Part shown: positions 39,328 through 48,180 of the stretch, in pieces | How positions within the stretch are numbered: the stretch's first letter is position 1 | Layout of the letters: every line of letters starts with the position of its first letter | NCBI GenBank assembly: GCA_029261575.1 | Contig: JAJDBD010000085.1 | Location: forward strand, 388-64,387 | Length of the DNA: 64,000 bases | Direction of reading: 5' to 3' | DNA from: Nitrospinaceae bacterium | Lineage (GTDB): Bacteria; Nitrospinota; Nitrospinia; Nitrospinales; JACRGP01 | The notes under the pieces: model-generated | The model's database searches: none | What the model was told of the DNA's origin: nothing | What the model saw: only the letters and a program-made list of their open reading frames with translations | Position numbers and translations under genes: made by a program

Positions 39328-39585
39328 TCAATTGATGAGATTTTCTCCGTTCTTGAAATCCCTTTGAGAATACTCCCGCGGCAATTCCAATTTTTTAAAT
39401 TCCTCCCAGTCGTCCCGAAACAGGTTGAATCCCACAAAATCCAGGGCCTGCATCAATTCCAGATCGGTGAGCCGTTCCCCCTCTTCCGCCGCTTCGCGTA
39501 AGACTTCTTCTAAAGACTCGCAAATTACGGCGAAGCGTTCGTCGTCCATTGAAACCATCAGGTTTTTCATAAAATCAAAGGACAT
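39328..39585 (-). CDS. small acidic hypothetical protein
   Basis: 85 aa ORF with AGGAGG RBS, downstream of the aldolase genes. Confidence 0.75.
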   Translation of the reverse strand: MSFDFMKNLMVSMDDERFAVICESLEEVLREAAEEGERLTDLELMQALDFVGFNLFRDDWEEFKKLELPREYSQRDFKNGENLIN

Positions 39586-39630
39586 GATTTCCGCGCCTCC
39601 TTTAAGTAAGCCGTTACCTCCGACCGTTTT

Positions 39631-40275
39631 TTATATTTTAGAGTAAAACTTTTGAACCGCCAATAGAAATTCGCGGATATCTTTTTGAATCAGGTTGTAG
39701 TCCCCGTTTTCAATGCGTTGCAGAGAAAAAATTGAAGACCCAAAGGCCAGCGCGTCCGCCCCTGCCGCTAAATAATCGGCGGCGTTTTTAGAATGGACGC
39801 CGCCAACGGCCATGAGCCGGAAATGCGAAAAAGGTCCTTTTATTTCCTGAAAATATTTGGGGCTTAATTGCGACGCGGGAAAAACTTTAACCATGGTTGC
39901 CCCGGCGTTCCAGGCTTTTTCGATTTCGCCCGGAGTGAACGCTCCGGGGAAAAAGGGGATTTCCCGTTGCTGACAGAAACCCGCAACGCTTTCATTGAAT
40001 GTGGGAGCGACCAAAAATTCAGCGCCGGAGTTCTGTGCGATTTCCGCTTCTTTTACGGATAAAACGGTGCCTGCGCCAATGCAAAGGGAACCGGAAAATA
40101 CCCGTGCGGCTTTTTCAATAAGGTGCGCGGCGTTTTTGGTGTTGAAAGTGATCTCAACGGTTTGCAATCCCGCCTGGACACAGGCCTCCAAAACCGGAAT
40201 CAAAGAACTTTCCGTAATCCCTCGGAGAATTCCCAGCACGGGTTCGTTTTTGAATTGGGAAGGATCGAACCGCAT
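39631..40275 (-). CDS. eda: KDPG/KHG aldolase
   Basis: VEIT, IGAGTVL, TPGEI, VKVFPA (Schiff-base Lys), AVGGV. Confidence 0.85.
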   Translation of the reverse strand: MRFDPSQFKNEPVLGILRGITESSLIPVLEACVQAGLQTVEITFNTKNAAHLIEKAARVFSGSLCIGAGTVLSVKEAEIAQNSGAEFLVAPTFNESVAGFCQQREIPFFPGAFTPGEIEKAWNAGATMVKVFPASQLSPKYFQEIKGPFSHFRLMAVGGVHSKNAADYLAAGADALAFGSSIFSLQRIENGDYNLIQKDIREFLLAVQKFYSKI

Positions 40276-40287
40276 GGAGGCTGAAGG

Positions 40288-41238
40288 TCAAACATTTCCT
40301 TCGGTAACCAGCTTGTTGTAGAAACTCAGATAATCGTCCTTGTTTTCCGATTTTCTAAGGGCCATCGCGGCTCTTGGATGAAGGTCCAAAATTCCGGTTA
40401 TGGCGTAGGGAATGGTGTAGCCCCATTCGATTTTCTTTGCCAAATCCACAAATTCGCTCTCCAAAATTTCCAGGATGGGGCGAAGATCATATTTGGGATT
40501 TTTCAAAAAACCCAACAGCAGTTCCAGAGGACAGTTTCCCGCCGCCCGTCCTATGCCCAACGAAGTCGCGTCAAGGTAATTGATATTTTGAATGATTGCC
40601 TCAATGGTGTTGCCAAAAGCCAGTTGCTGGTTGTTGTGAGCGTGGATTCCAAGTTCCCGCGTGGGGAGCAGGGATTTATATTTTTTAGCCAGGTAGGCGA
40701 TTTGTTCGGAATACAAGGCGCCAAAGCTGTCCACCAGATAAACCACGTCGACCGCGCTCTCGTTTTCTATTTGCTGAAGCGCCTCGTCCAGGTCGTTTTC
40801 CCTGGTGTGTGAAACGGCCATGATGTTGATCGTCGTTTCGTAGCCCTTGCCCTTCATCAAGTTGACCAGGTTGATCGCCTTGTCAATGTCCTTGACGTAG
40901 GCGGCCACCCGCATCATATCTATCAGGCTTTCGGCCTTGGGAATGATCGTGTCCGGGTTCACCCGCCCGATATCCACCATCACCGAAATTTTGCAATTTT
41001 TTTCCTCGGAACCCACGGCCATTTCCACGTCCTTTTCGGAGCAAAACTTCATGGGTCCAAATTCGTCCCGGTTAAACTGGCTTTCATCGGCCTTGTAGCC
41101 GAGTTCTACATAATCAACGCCAGCCCGGTTGGAGGCTTTGAAAATATTTTGAACAAACTCGTTGGTAAACTGATGATCATTCATCAATCCGCCGTCGCGG
41201 ATAGTGCAGTCCAATACCTTGATTTCCTTACGGTACAT
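40288..41238 (-). CDS. DRE-TIM metallolyase, 4-hydroxy-2-oxovalerate aldolase-like
   Basis: LDCTIRDGG, VDSFG, HAHNN, GIGRAAGN; start moved to MYRKEIK. Confidence 0.85.
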   Translation of the reverse strand: MYRKEIKVLDCTIRDGGLMNDHQFTNEFVQNIFKASNRAGVDYVELGYKADESQFNRDEFGPMKFCSEKDVEMAVGSEEKNCKISVMVDIGRVNPDTIIPKAESLIDMMRVAAYVKDIDKAINLVNLMKGKGYETTINIMAVSHTRENDLDEALQQIENESAVDVVYLVDSFGALYSEQIAYLAKKYKSLLPTRELGIHAHNNQQLAFGNTIEAIIQNINYLDATSLGIGRAAGNCPLELLLGFLKNPKYDLRPILEILESEFVDLAKKIEWGYTIPYAITGILDLHPRAAMALRKSENKDDYLSFYNKLVTEGNV

Positions 41239-41378
41239 CTTCAATGACTCCAAGACCTGGTTAATTTTATTTTGAGAACTTGTAATTATAAAGGGGAAAA
41301 TTAGGCCGATCAAGCGCTTTCGTACTTTAAGCCCCTGATTTTTCGGGTATTCCTCGATGTGAATCAATTTACCCGCTA

Positions 41379-41407
41379 TTGTTTAAGATATTTACTTTGC
41401 TTATAAT
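41379..41407 (+). promoter_or_regulatory. sigma70-like promoter of the EVE gene
   Basis: TTGTTT-17 nt-TATAAT. Confidence 0.55.
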
Positions 41408-41449
41408 AACGGTTTTATATTTTCAAACGTTCAAAGAGAACGGAAAATT

Positions 41450-41863
41450 ATGAACCACTGGCTGGTCAAACAAGAACCCTCCAAATACAGTTGGGAAGAG
41501 TTTTGTAAGGATAAAGAAACTTATTGGGAAGGGGTTCGTAATTACCAGGCGCGGAATAATCTTCAGGCAATGAAAAAAGGCGATTGGGTTTTTTTCTACC
41601 ACAGCGTCTCCGAAAAATCCATTCGGGGAATCGCCAAGGTCGTCCGGGAAGCCTATCCCGACCCAACCACACAGGACGAACGGTGGGTGGTCGTGGATTT
41701 AAAATGCGTCAAGCCCTTAAAAACTCCCATCACTCTGGACGACGTAAAAGCCAACCCAAAATTAAAAGACGTGGCCCTGGTAAAACAATCCCGCCTGTCC
41801 GTCATGCCCCTGCGCAAGGCCGAATTTGAAATTATTCTTAAAATGTCCGGAACGTCGTTATGA
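41450..41863 (+). CDS. EVE domain protein
   Basis: WLVKQEP, WEGVRNYQARN, FFYHS, RLSVMP. Confidence 0.93.
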   Translation: MNHWLVKQEPSKYSWEEFCKDKETYWEGVRNYQARNNLQAMKKGDWVFFYHSVSEKSIRGIAKVVREAYPDPTTQDERWVVVDLKCVKPLKTPITLDDVKANPKLKDVALVKQSRLSVMPLRKAEFEIILKMSGTSL

Positions 41864-42561
41864 CCCATGCGGGCCAGAAGGCGCGTTTAAAACGTTCCGT
41901 CTTGCTTCTCGTATTTCTTTTTCTCCAGAATGCATTTTTGCCGATTTCCTCGACCTCGGCCGAGCTTTCCATAAAATCCTGCCAGAAAACGACAAAATCC
42001 CTGAAAAGCAAAAGGGAAATCGTCGCCCAAAATGGAGGCGTCTGGGCCAGGTTTGAATCCGTAGGCGCTCTTAGGGACCAGTCCTTAACAGCCCTTCGTC
42101 TGGATTCCAGAATCAATTCCCTTCTGGTTACGCTGGATTATATATGTGAAACGCTCAACGGCGTCCCATTGAACGAGCTGGCTATTTTTGTGAACCGGAG
42201 TATTTCTCGTCTTGGAATGGAAGGTTTCAAAAAACATCAAGTGTCCCTGGGTAAAACTCCAACGGAAGTCAATATCTGGATCCAGTTCGCTCAATACGCC
42301 AAAGCGATAGAAAATCGGGCGTTGGATAAGGTTTCCGTTTCGCAAACTTTCCAGCGCGCGGAAGAGATAGTGGATCAATACCTCAATCTATGGGAAATTT
42401 TATCCGCCGTAAACGACGTCTCATTGGCGCTGAAAGACACAACGGGTTTATTAGCGCGAACAGACAAATTTTTTATCGACGATCCAACCGCCGCCCGGGT
42501 TCGGTTGGAATTATCCAAAGTTCCGTTCTGGGACGTCGATGAAAACTACGGCGGCTCTTAA
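41860..42561 (+). CDS. exported hypothetical helical protein
   Basis: signal peptide; two Cys; ATGA overlap with the EVE gene. Confidence 0.75.
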   Translation: MTHAGQKARLKRSVLLLVFLFLQNAFLPISSTSAELSIKSCQKTTKSLKSKREIVAQNGGVWARFESVGALRDQSLTALRLDSRINSLLVTLDYICETLNGVPLNELAIFVNRSISRLGMEGFKKHQVSLGKTPTEVNIWIQFAQYAKAIENRALDKVSVSQTFQRAEEIVDQYLNLWEILSAVNDVSLALKDTTGLLARTDKFFIDDPTAARVRLELSKVPFWDVDENYGGS

Positions 42562-42609
42562 AAAAAACGGCGGGTTTTAAAAACTGATTTATTGAACGAG
42601 GAGACACAC

Positions 42610-43416
42610 ATGAAATACTTTTTGGTCGTCGGAGGCACCGGCGTCATGGGAACCGCCGCCATACAGGGAGTGCGGGAAGTTTTTGGGAGCGACGCGGTCA
42701 TTGTGGCAAATTGGTTTGGCAAAGAAGACACGGGCGTCCCCGTGGAAGGAGCCGACCACACAATTTTTGGCGATATAAACGATGCGGAATGCCTGGGGAA
42801 ACTAAAAAATTTTAACGGCGGAAAATATGAATATATGTTTTACGCCACCGCTTTGGGAGACGTGGGCTTTCCCATAAATGATTCCACCCCCGCTCAAATC
42901 GAAAGGTCCAACGCCCTGTCTTTCGATCCAATATTAAAGCTGGAAGCGTCCATGGATATTGGAACCATCACGACGTACTCCACTTTTTATCTTCTCAAGC
43001 ATCAGGTTTGCACCTATGGCGCCATGGGACATTCCAAAGAAGCTCTGGAAAAATGGACGCTCGAATCCGGAAAATCCAAACGCGCCTGCATCCGGGCCGG
43101 ATTATTCGAATCCCCTTCTTCGCGGGGAATAAAATTGCTATTACGGAAAAGCGCGAAAAACCTGGATTCTATCCGCGATCCCTTGCTCCGATCTTATTTT
43201 GAAAATGTGAAAACCAGCGAAGGAATCGAAAATTTCACTCAGGGAATCATTCAGGAAGAACGCGACGCCTTTGGAGACAGCCCCACGCGCTCGGAAAATT
43301 TGTACCAGGCGCATTTGAAATTATTTGACGCAGAGACGCCGGTTTTCATCAACGTGTCAGGAACCAAAATCTGGCTCAGCAAAGAGGCCCAGACACTGGA
43401 CCAACTCCCCTCCTGA
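42610..43416 (+). CDS. divergent SDR, enoyl-ACP reductase (FabI)-like
   Basis: VVGGTGVMG Rossmann loop; YGAMGHSKEALE (Y-x6-K); IRAGLFESPSSRGI. Confidence 0.6.
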   Translation: MKYFLVVGGTGVMGTAAIQGVREVFGSDAVIVANWFGKEDTGVPVEGADHTIFGDINDAECLGKLKNFNGGKYEYMFYATALGDVGFPINDSTPAQIERSNALSFDPILKLEASMDIGTITTYSTFYLLKHQVCTYGAMGHSKEALEKWTLESGKSKRACIRAGLFESPSSRGIKLLLRKSAKNLDSIRDPLLRSYFENVKTSEGIENFTQGIIQEERDAFGDSPTRSENLYQAHLKLFDAETPVFINVSGTKIWLSKEAQTLDQLPS

Positions 43417-43622
43417 TCCTTCCCGATTTCCCTCCAGGGGCTTTCGGAAGAATTTTTCCTTTGGAAGTCCCTTTTGTTGCTTTTAACGCTAAATTGTTTG
43501 ATAATAAAAAGGTTTCCAAACCACCTCAAACCGATTGCACAAAAATCGTAGACGATTTTGCCTTCGCTTGACGTTACATTTTCTGCCATTATTACCAGGC
43601 GGGGCCACGCGCAAATTGACAT

Positions 43623-45290
43623 ATGGATATGAACGATTCACCCCGAAAACCTGACCGAATCGAAAAAGTCGACGCTAAATTAGCGCATGACGACCGGTTG
43701 AATTCCCTTCTCGTGGGCGTTGTCAACGAGGTAAAAGCCTACGCCGACCAATTGATGGGTCAGCTCCAGCAACTGTCGGATATTGGGAGAGGCCTTTCCG
43801 GGGAATATGAGCTGGATTCGCTTCTCGAAAAAATTCTGGTGCAGGCTTGCGAATTTGCTTCGGCGGACGCGGGGACCTTATACATTCTTGAAGACAATGT
43901 TTTAAAATTTGAAATTGTTCAAAACAAAAGCTTGAACATACGCATGGGAGGAAAAACCGGGGAACCTATAACATTTGATCCGGTCGAATTGAAGGAATCC
44001 AATGTTTCCGCCTTCGTCGCCCTGAATGGAATTCCGGTAAATATTCAGGACGTGTACGACACGGACCTGTTCGACTTTACCGGTCCCAAAAAATTCGACG
44101 AATCCACGGGCTACCGCTCCAAGTCCATGTTGGTGATTCCCATGCGCAATCACGAAAGCGACGTGATAGGCGTTCTTCAATTAATGAACGCCATCAACCC
44201 GAAGACCGGGGAGGTGGTGCCTTTCTCTCCGGATTTTGAAAATCTGACAGAGTCCCTGGCGTCCCAGGCCGCCATCGCCATCACCAACGCAAAACTGATC
44301 AACGACATGGAAAGCCTGTTTGAATCTTTCGTCAAGGTGATGGCGACCGCTATCGACGAAAAGTCTCCGATCACCGGGGGGCACATACGCCGCGTGGCCA
44401 ACCTCACCCTGACCATGGCTCATGTGATAAACGAGCAAAAGGAAGGGAGTTTTAAAGAGGTTCATTTTTCCAAGGAGAAACTGCACGAGTTGCGCATTGC
44501 GGCCTGGATGCACGATATCGGGAAAGTCACCACCCCCGTGGAAATCATCGAAAAGGCCAAGAAGCTTCAAACCATATTTGACCGGATCGAATTCATCGAC
44601 CTTCGACTGCAATTTTTGATACAAAACGCGCGACTGGAAGCGCTGGAAAAAAGGCAGGTTCTGATCGAAAAAGGCGCGCCCATCGAAGAAATGGAAAAGC
44701 TAGAGCGGGAAATGCAAGCCCGGCAGGAAGAATTAAAGGACGTCCGCAAATTCATCCACTACTGCAATCAACCCAGCGAGTTTCTGGCGGATGAAGCGGT
44801 GGAACGTTTACAGGAAATCGCCAAAAAAATCTACACGGATATCGACGGAAACGCCTGCAACTTTTTGCAGGAGGACGAGGTTAAAAATCTTTCCATACGC
44901 AAAGGCAGCATCACGGAAGAGGAAAGAAAAATCATGCAGAACCACGCTTCCATTACTCTCCGGATGTTGAACCAAATCCCCTTCACCAAAAGACTGAAAA
45001 ACATTCCCAGCTTCGCCGGGGCGCATCATGAATGCATCAATGGAAAGGGATATCCTCTGGGACTGAAGGACGACGAAATACCGTTTGAGGGGAAATTGAT
45101 GGCGGTGACGGACATTGCGGAGGCCTTGACGGCTTCGGACCGGCCCTACAAAAAAGCCATGCCCCTGGACAACGTCTACAGAATTTTAACAACGATGGCA
45201 AATAATAACGAATTGGACGCCGACATGGTGAGTTTGTTCATCAAGCAAAACGTATACGACCGTTACCTGGAGGAACACGAAGATAAATAA
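43623..45290 (+). CDS. GAF + HD-GYP cyclic dinucleotide phosphodiesterase
   Basis: GAF (YRSKSMLVIPM..GVLQLMN), HDIGK, HHECINGKGYP, DRPYK. Confidence 0.92.
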   Translation: MDMNDSPRKPDRIEKVDAKLAHDDRLNSLLVGVVNEVKAYADQLMGQLQQLSDIGRGLSGEYELDSLLEKILVQACEFASADAGTLYILEDNVLKFEIVQNKSLNIRMGGKTGEPITFDPVELKESNVSAFVALNGIPVNIQDVYDTDLFDFTGPKKFDESTGYRSKSMLVIPMRNHESDVIGVLQLMNAINPKTGEVVPFSPDFENLTESLASQAAIAITNAKLINDMESLFESFVKVMATAIDEKSPITGGHIRRVANLTLTMAHVINEQKEGSFKEVHFSKEKLHELRIAAWMHDIGKVTTPVEIIEKAKKLQTIFDRIEFIDLRLQFLIQNARLEALEKRQVLIEKGAPIEEMEKLEREMQARQEELKDVRKFIHYCNQPSEFLADEAVERLQEIAKKIYTDIDGNACNFLQEDEVKNLSIRKGSITEEERKIMQNHASITLRMLNQIPFTKRLKNIPSFAGAHHECINGKGYPLGLKDDEIPFEGKLMAVTDIAEALTASDRPYKKAMPLDNVYRILTTMANNNELDADMVSLFIKQNVYDRYLEEHEDK

Positions 45291-45304
45291 GCCAGGCAAG
45301 CGCC
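45291..45304 (-). repeat. partial copy of the dispersed intergenic hairpin repeat
   Basis: GCCAGGCAAGCGCC is the exact reverse complement of GGCGCTTGCCTGGC in copies 1 and 2. Confidence 0.7.
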
Positions 45305-45554
45305 GACCACTCGCCGTGGGGGCAATGGTTGGCGATTGGATGATCCCTTCTGAATCGGCAACGATGCCTATCGATTTTCCCCTACCTCAAATATTGTCAG
45401 TGGACCGGCGACGGCAATAATCTGTACTAGTCACGATTTAATCGAACAGAATGTTACACAGGGCAAATAATCGATATGCAATTACTCCAAAGCTCGATGC
45501 ACTTCCCATAAAAGCTACGCAATCTGGCCCCGGCGCCCCGCCGGCCTGGCACGG

Positions 45555-45797
45555 CTATTTTTTCTTGGGAATATACTTGCCCGTCCGCATATAATTGTCG
45601 TTCATTTTTACATGCTCGTCGATTTGAACGTCGGAGCTTTTCGATTCCGGCGTCGCAGTTTCCTCGAAACTTTGCATGGCTCGATCCCGGGTTTTGTCGG
45701 ATAATAAAACGGTTCTGTTTTTCCTGTTCCCAACCTTTTTAATTTTTTGATTGGCCCGTAATGTTGCCTTATCACGATGCGATATTCCTATTACCAT
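45555..45797 (-). CDS. small basic hypothetical protein
   Basis: 80 aa ORF with GGGAG RBS. Confidence 0.6.
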   Translation of the reverse strand: MVIGISHRDKATLRANQKIKKVGNRKNRTVLLSDKTRDRAMQSFEETATPESKSSDVQIDEHVKMNDNYMRTGKYIPKKK

Positions 45798-45886
45798 TTT
45801 TGCTCCCGCCTCGTCGTTAATGGTTCCTGTTTAACAACTAGTAATATTATAAATCAAAGCCGAATAAATTCATATCAATTGCGACC

Positions 45887-47239
45887 ATGATTTCACACAA
45901 CCTCCAAAGTTTACTGGACCAGGAAAACCTTGCGGAAGGCGAATTCAAGGCGGCCGTCCAGGAATTTGATCATTTCGACGTCGCCCGGTTTTTACACCAA
46001 CTCCGGCCCGAAGAAAAGATTCGGGTTTTTCAGGCTCTGGACAGCGATGAAAAACGCGAAGAACTCCTCTACGAAACCGACAAGGACAGCCGAAATGAAC
46101 TAATCGCAACCCTGGACAAGGATTATGTAGCCCAGCTTTTGGGCGAAATGGAGGAGGACGAGGCCACCGATATACTCCAGGAACAAAACGAGGAGATCCA
46201 AAAAGAAATTCTCGGGGAAATGGAACCTCGCGAGGCGAACGCGCTTAAAAACCTGGTCCGCTTCGACGAGGAAACAGCGGGGGGAATGATGACTCCCGAT
46301 TTTCTTCGGGTTTCTCCCGACCATACGGCCGCGGGAATTTTAATGCGGCTTAAAAAAGATTCCCATAAGGATCACCTTTCTTATTTTTACGTTTTGGATC
46401 CTCAAAACCGGCTGATGGGGTTTTTCAAATTGCGTGATTTGCTGAGAATTTCGCCCAACGCCCGCGCCAAATATTTTATCCGCCAGGAAACCCCAAAAGT
46501 TTTACTGGACGACCCCTGCGACAAGGTGGCGGAGATCATGGACGACGAACAAATGAGCAGTCTGCCGGTGGTGGATGAAAACAACGTCATGCACGGAATC
46601 GTTACTTTCGACGACGTCATCCGGACGATGGAGGATTTGGCCAGCGACGATATTTACACGATGGTGGGAACCCCGAAAGTGGATCCCTTCGCTCAAAGGC
46701 CCATGAATAAGATTTTGGCGCGCCTGCCCTGGCTGGTTCCAACTTTTATTGGCGGCATTGCCAGCGTTTTTGTTCTCAAGTGGTTTGAATCAAACATGAT
46801 TGAATTTGGAACGGTGATCTTTTTCATTCCCTTTGTTTTGGGGCTCGCGGGGAATATAGGGATTCAATGCGCGACGGTCATCGTCCGGGGACTGGCCACC
46901 GGGGACATTAAAATGGAAAACCTAAAGGGGGTTGTGGCCAGCGAAATTCTGGTGGGATGCGCCAACGGGTTCATATTCGCGCTGCCCTGCGGCGGCCTCA
47001 TCGCGCTGATTGCCGCTCCGGTTTTAAACGCCTCGCCGACCCTGGGGTACGCCGTGGGCGGGGGAATCATCGTGGCGGTTTCCTCCACCGCAATTTTAGG
47101 TTCCCTGATACCCTTCGCATTCCTCCGCATGAATATCGATCCCGCCATCAGCGCCGGTCCCGTTGTAACGGTGATCAACGATATTTTGGGACTCATCAGT
47201 TATCTCGCCGTGGCGTGGGCCGCCTTTGCCTACTTTTAA
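45887..47239 (+). CDS. mgtE: magnesium transporter MgtE
   Basis: MgtE N domain, ETAGGMMT, CBS pair, ARLPWL, AGNIGIQ, DPAISAGPVVTVIND. Confidence 0.95.
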   Translation: MISHNLQSLLDQENLAEGEFKAAVQEFDHFDVARFLHQLRPEEKIRVFQALDSDEKREELLYETDKDSRNELIATLDKDYVAQLLGEMEEDEATDILQEQNEEIQKEILGEMEPREANALKNLVRFDEETAGGMMTPDFLRVSPDHTAAGILMRLKKDSHKDHLSYFYVLDPQNRLMGFFKLRDLLRISPNARAKYFIRQETPKVLLDDPCDKVAEIMDDEQMSSLPVVDENNVMHGIVTFDDVIRTMEDLASDDIYTMVGTPKVDPFAQRPMNKILARLPWLVPTFIGGIASVFVLKWFESNMIEFGTVIFFIPFVLGLAGNIGIQCATVIVRGLATGDIKMENLKGVVASEILVGCANGFIFALPCGGLIALIAAPVLNASPTLGYAVGGGIIVAVSSTAILGSLIPFAFLRMNIDPAISAGPVVTVINDILGLISYLAVAWAAFAYF

Positions 47240-47250
47240 AACGAGGCTAT

Positions 47251-47499
47251 TCAGTCTTCCTCCTCCACCTCTTCCAATTCGATAATGGGCGTGTTGATCT
47301 CGACATATTCGCCCTCGCCAACGTAAAATTCCTTCACGCGGCCCTCGTACTCGGAAACGAGAGTGTAATAACCCTCGGCGGTTATTTCCGCTACGGGACT
47401 TCCCTTCTTCACTTTATCGCCCTGCCGCACCAAAAATTTATCCACCTTGCCGGAAGTCATGGTTTTGTACATAGGAGACATCAAAACATAGAGCGCCAT
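47251..47499 (-). CDS. stand-alone lipoyl/biotinyl-like domain lacking the acceptor Lys
   Basis: GKVDKFLVRQGDKVKKGSPVAEI..EGRVKEFYVGEGEYV..PIIEL; AGGAG RBS. Confidence 0.8.
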   Translation of the reverse strand: MALYVLMSPMYKTMTSGKVDKFLVRQGDKVKKGSPVAEITAEGYYTLVSEYEGRVKEFYVGEGEYVEINTPIIELEEVEEED

Positions 47500-47601
47500 T
47501 CACTCCTCCCAAAAATTGAAAAATTTACTTCCCGGTATCAACCGACAAAGTTTTACGAGTATAATATCCGCTCCTTCAACCAAGAGAACCCAAAGAATCC
47601 C

Positions 47602-47826
47602 ATGAGCCAATCGATCAAATTAAACGTCGGCGATTCCCTGCGCGATCCCATGTCCGGAAACAACGGCGAAATCCTCAAAATCGAGGATCACGTTTCCGGA
47701 AAACTGGTTTTCATCCGTTGGCGCGTGGAAGACCATTTGCATCACGACACGGAGCATTTTTATTCCAAGCTTGTCAAAAGCGTAAAAAAAGGGGAAATCG
47801 AACACAGCCCCCTGACGCCGTCCTGA
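47602..47826 (+). CDS. small hypothetical protein (SH3-like beta barrel?)
   Basis: 74 aa MSQSIKLNVGDSLRDP..; 3' part of the 46957 ORF; His-rich HLHHDTEH. Confidence 0.6.
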   Translation: MSQSIKLNVGDSLRDPMSGNNGEILKIEDHVSGKLVFIRWRVEDHLHHDTEHFYSKLVKSVKKGEIEHSPLTPS

Positions 47827-47873
47827 CCCCTTAATTGCGTGCCAGGGGCGGGACCCGGTTTTTAAAATCAGTC

Positions 47874-48158
47874 CTATTGTTTATAAACCGTGTGGGAAGG
47901 TCGCCCGGCGAGAATATTTTCCTTGCCCCAATTCACCACGTTTCGGAATTTATCCGATTGGATGAATCCGTTGAAGGCTTCCTCGGAACTCCAGTCGGAC
48001 ACGATCAAATAAGATTGCAGATCGTCGATATCTTTAAACAAGTTGGTTTTGGAGTGCCCTTCCATTTCAGCCATAACCACCAAAACCGAGCGAAAAGCTT
48101 TCTCGAACGTTTCTTCTTTTCCCGGCAACACTTTATAATTCATTCCTATTGTGACCAT
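47874..48158 (-). CDS. antibiotic biosynthesis monooxygenase (ABM) family protein
   Basis: YKVLPGKEETFE, YLIVSDWSSEEAF..F, RPSHTVY. Confidence 0.88.
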   Translation of the reverse strand: MVTIGMNYKVLPGKEETFEKAFRSVLVVMAEMEGHSKTNLFKDIDDLQSYLIVSDWSSEEAFNGFIQSDKFRNVVNWGKENILAGRPSHTVYKQ

Positions 48159-48180
48159 TTTTCATCCTCATAAGTAAGAG

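Noticed and set aside
45456-45493. ACACAGGGCAAA...CAAAGC resembling a c-di-GMP-I riboswitch, next to an HD-GYP gene
   Set aside because: No GNRA-capped stem, no GACGCAAA and no convincing third helix; it also lies between stop codons rather than in a 5' leader.
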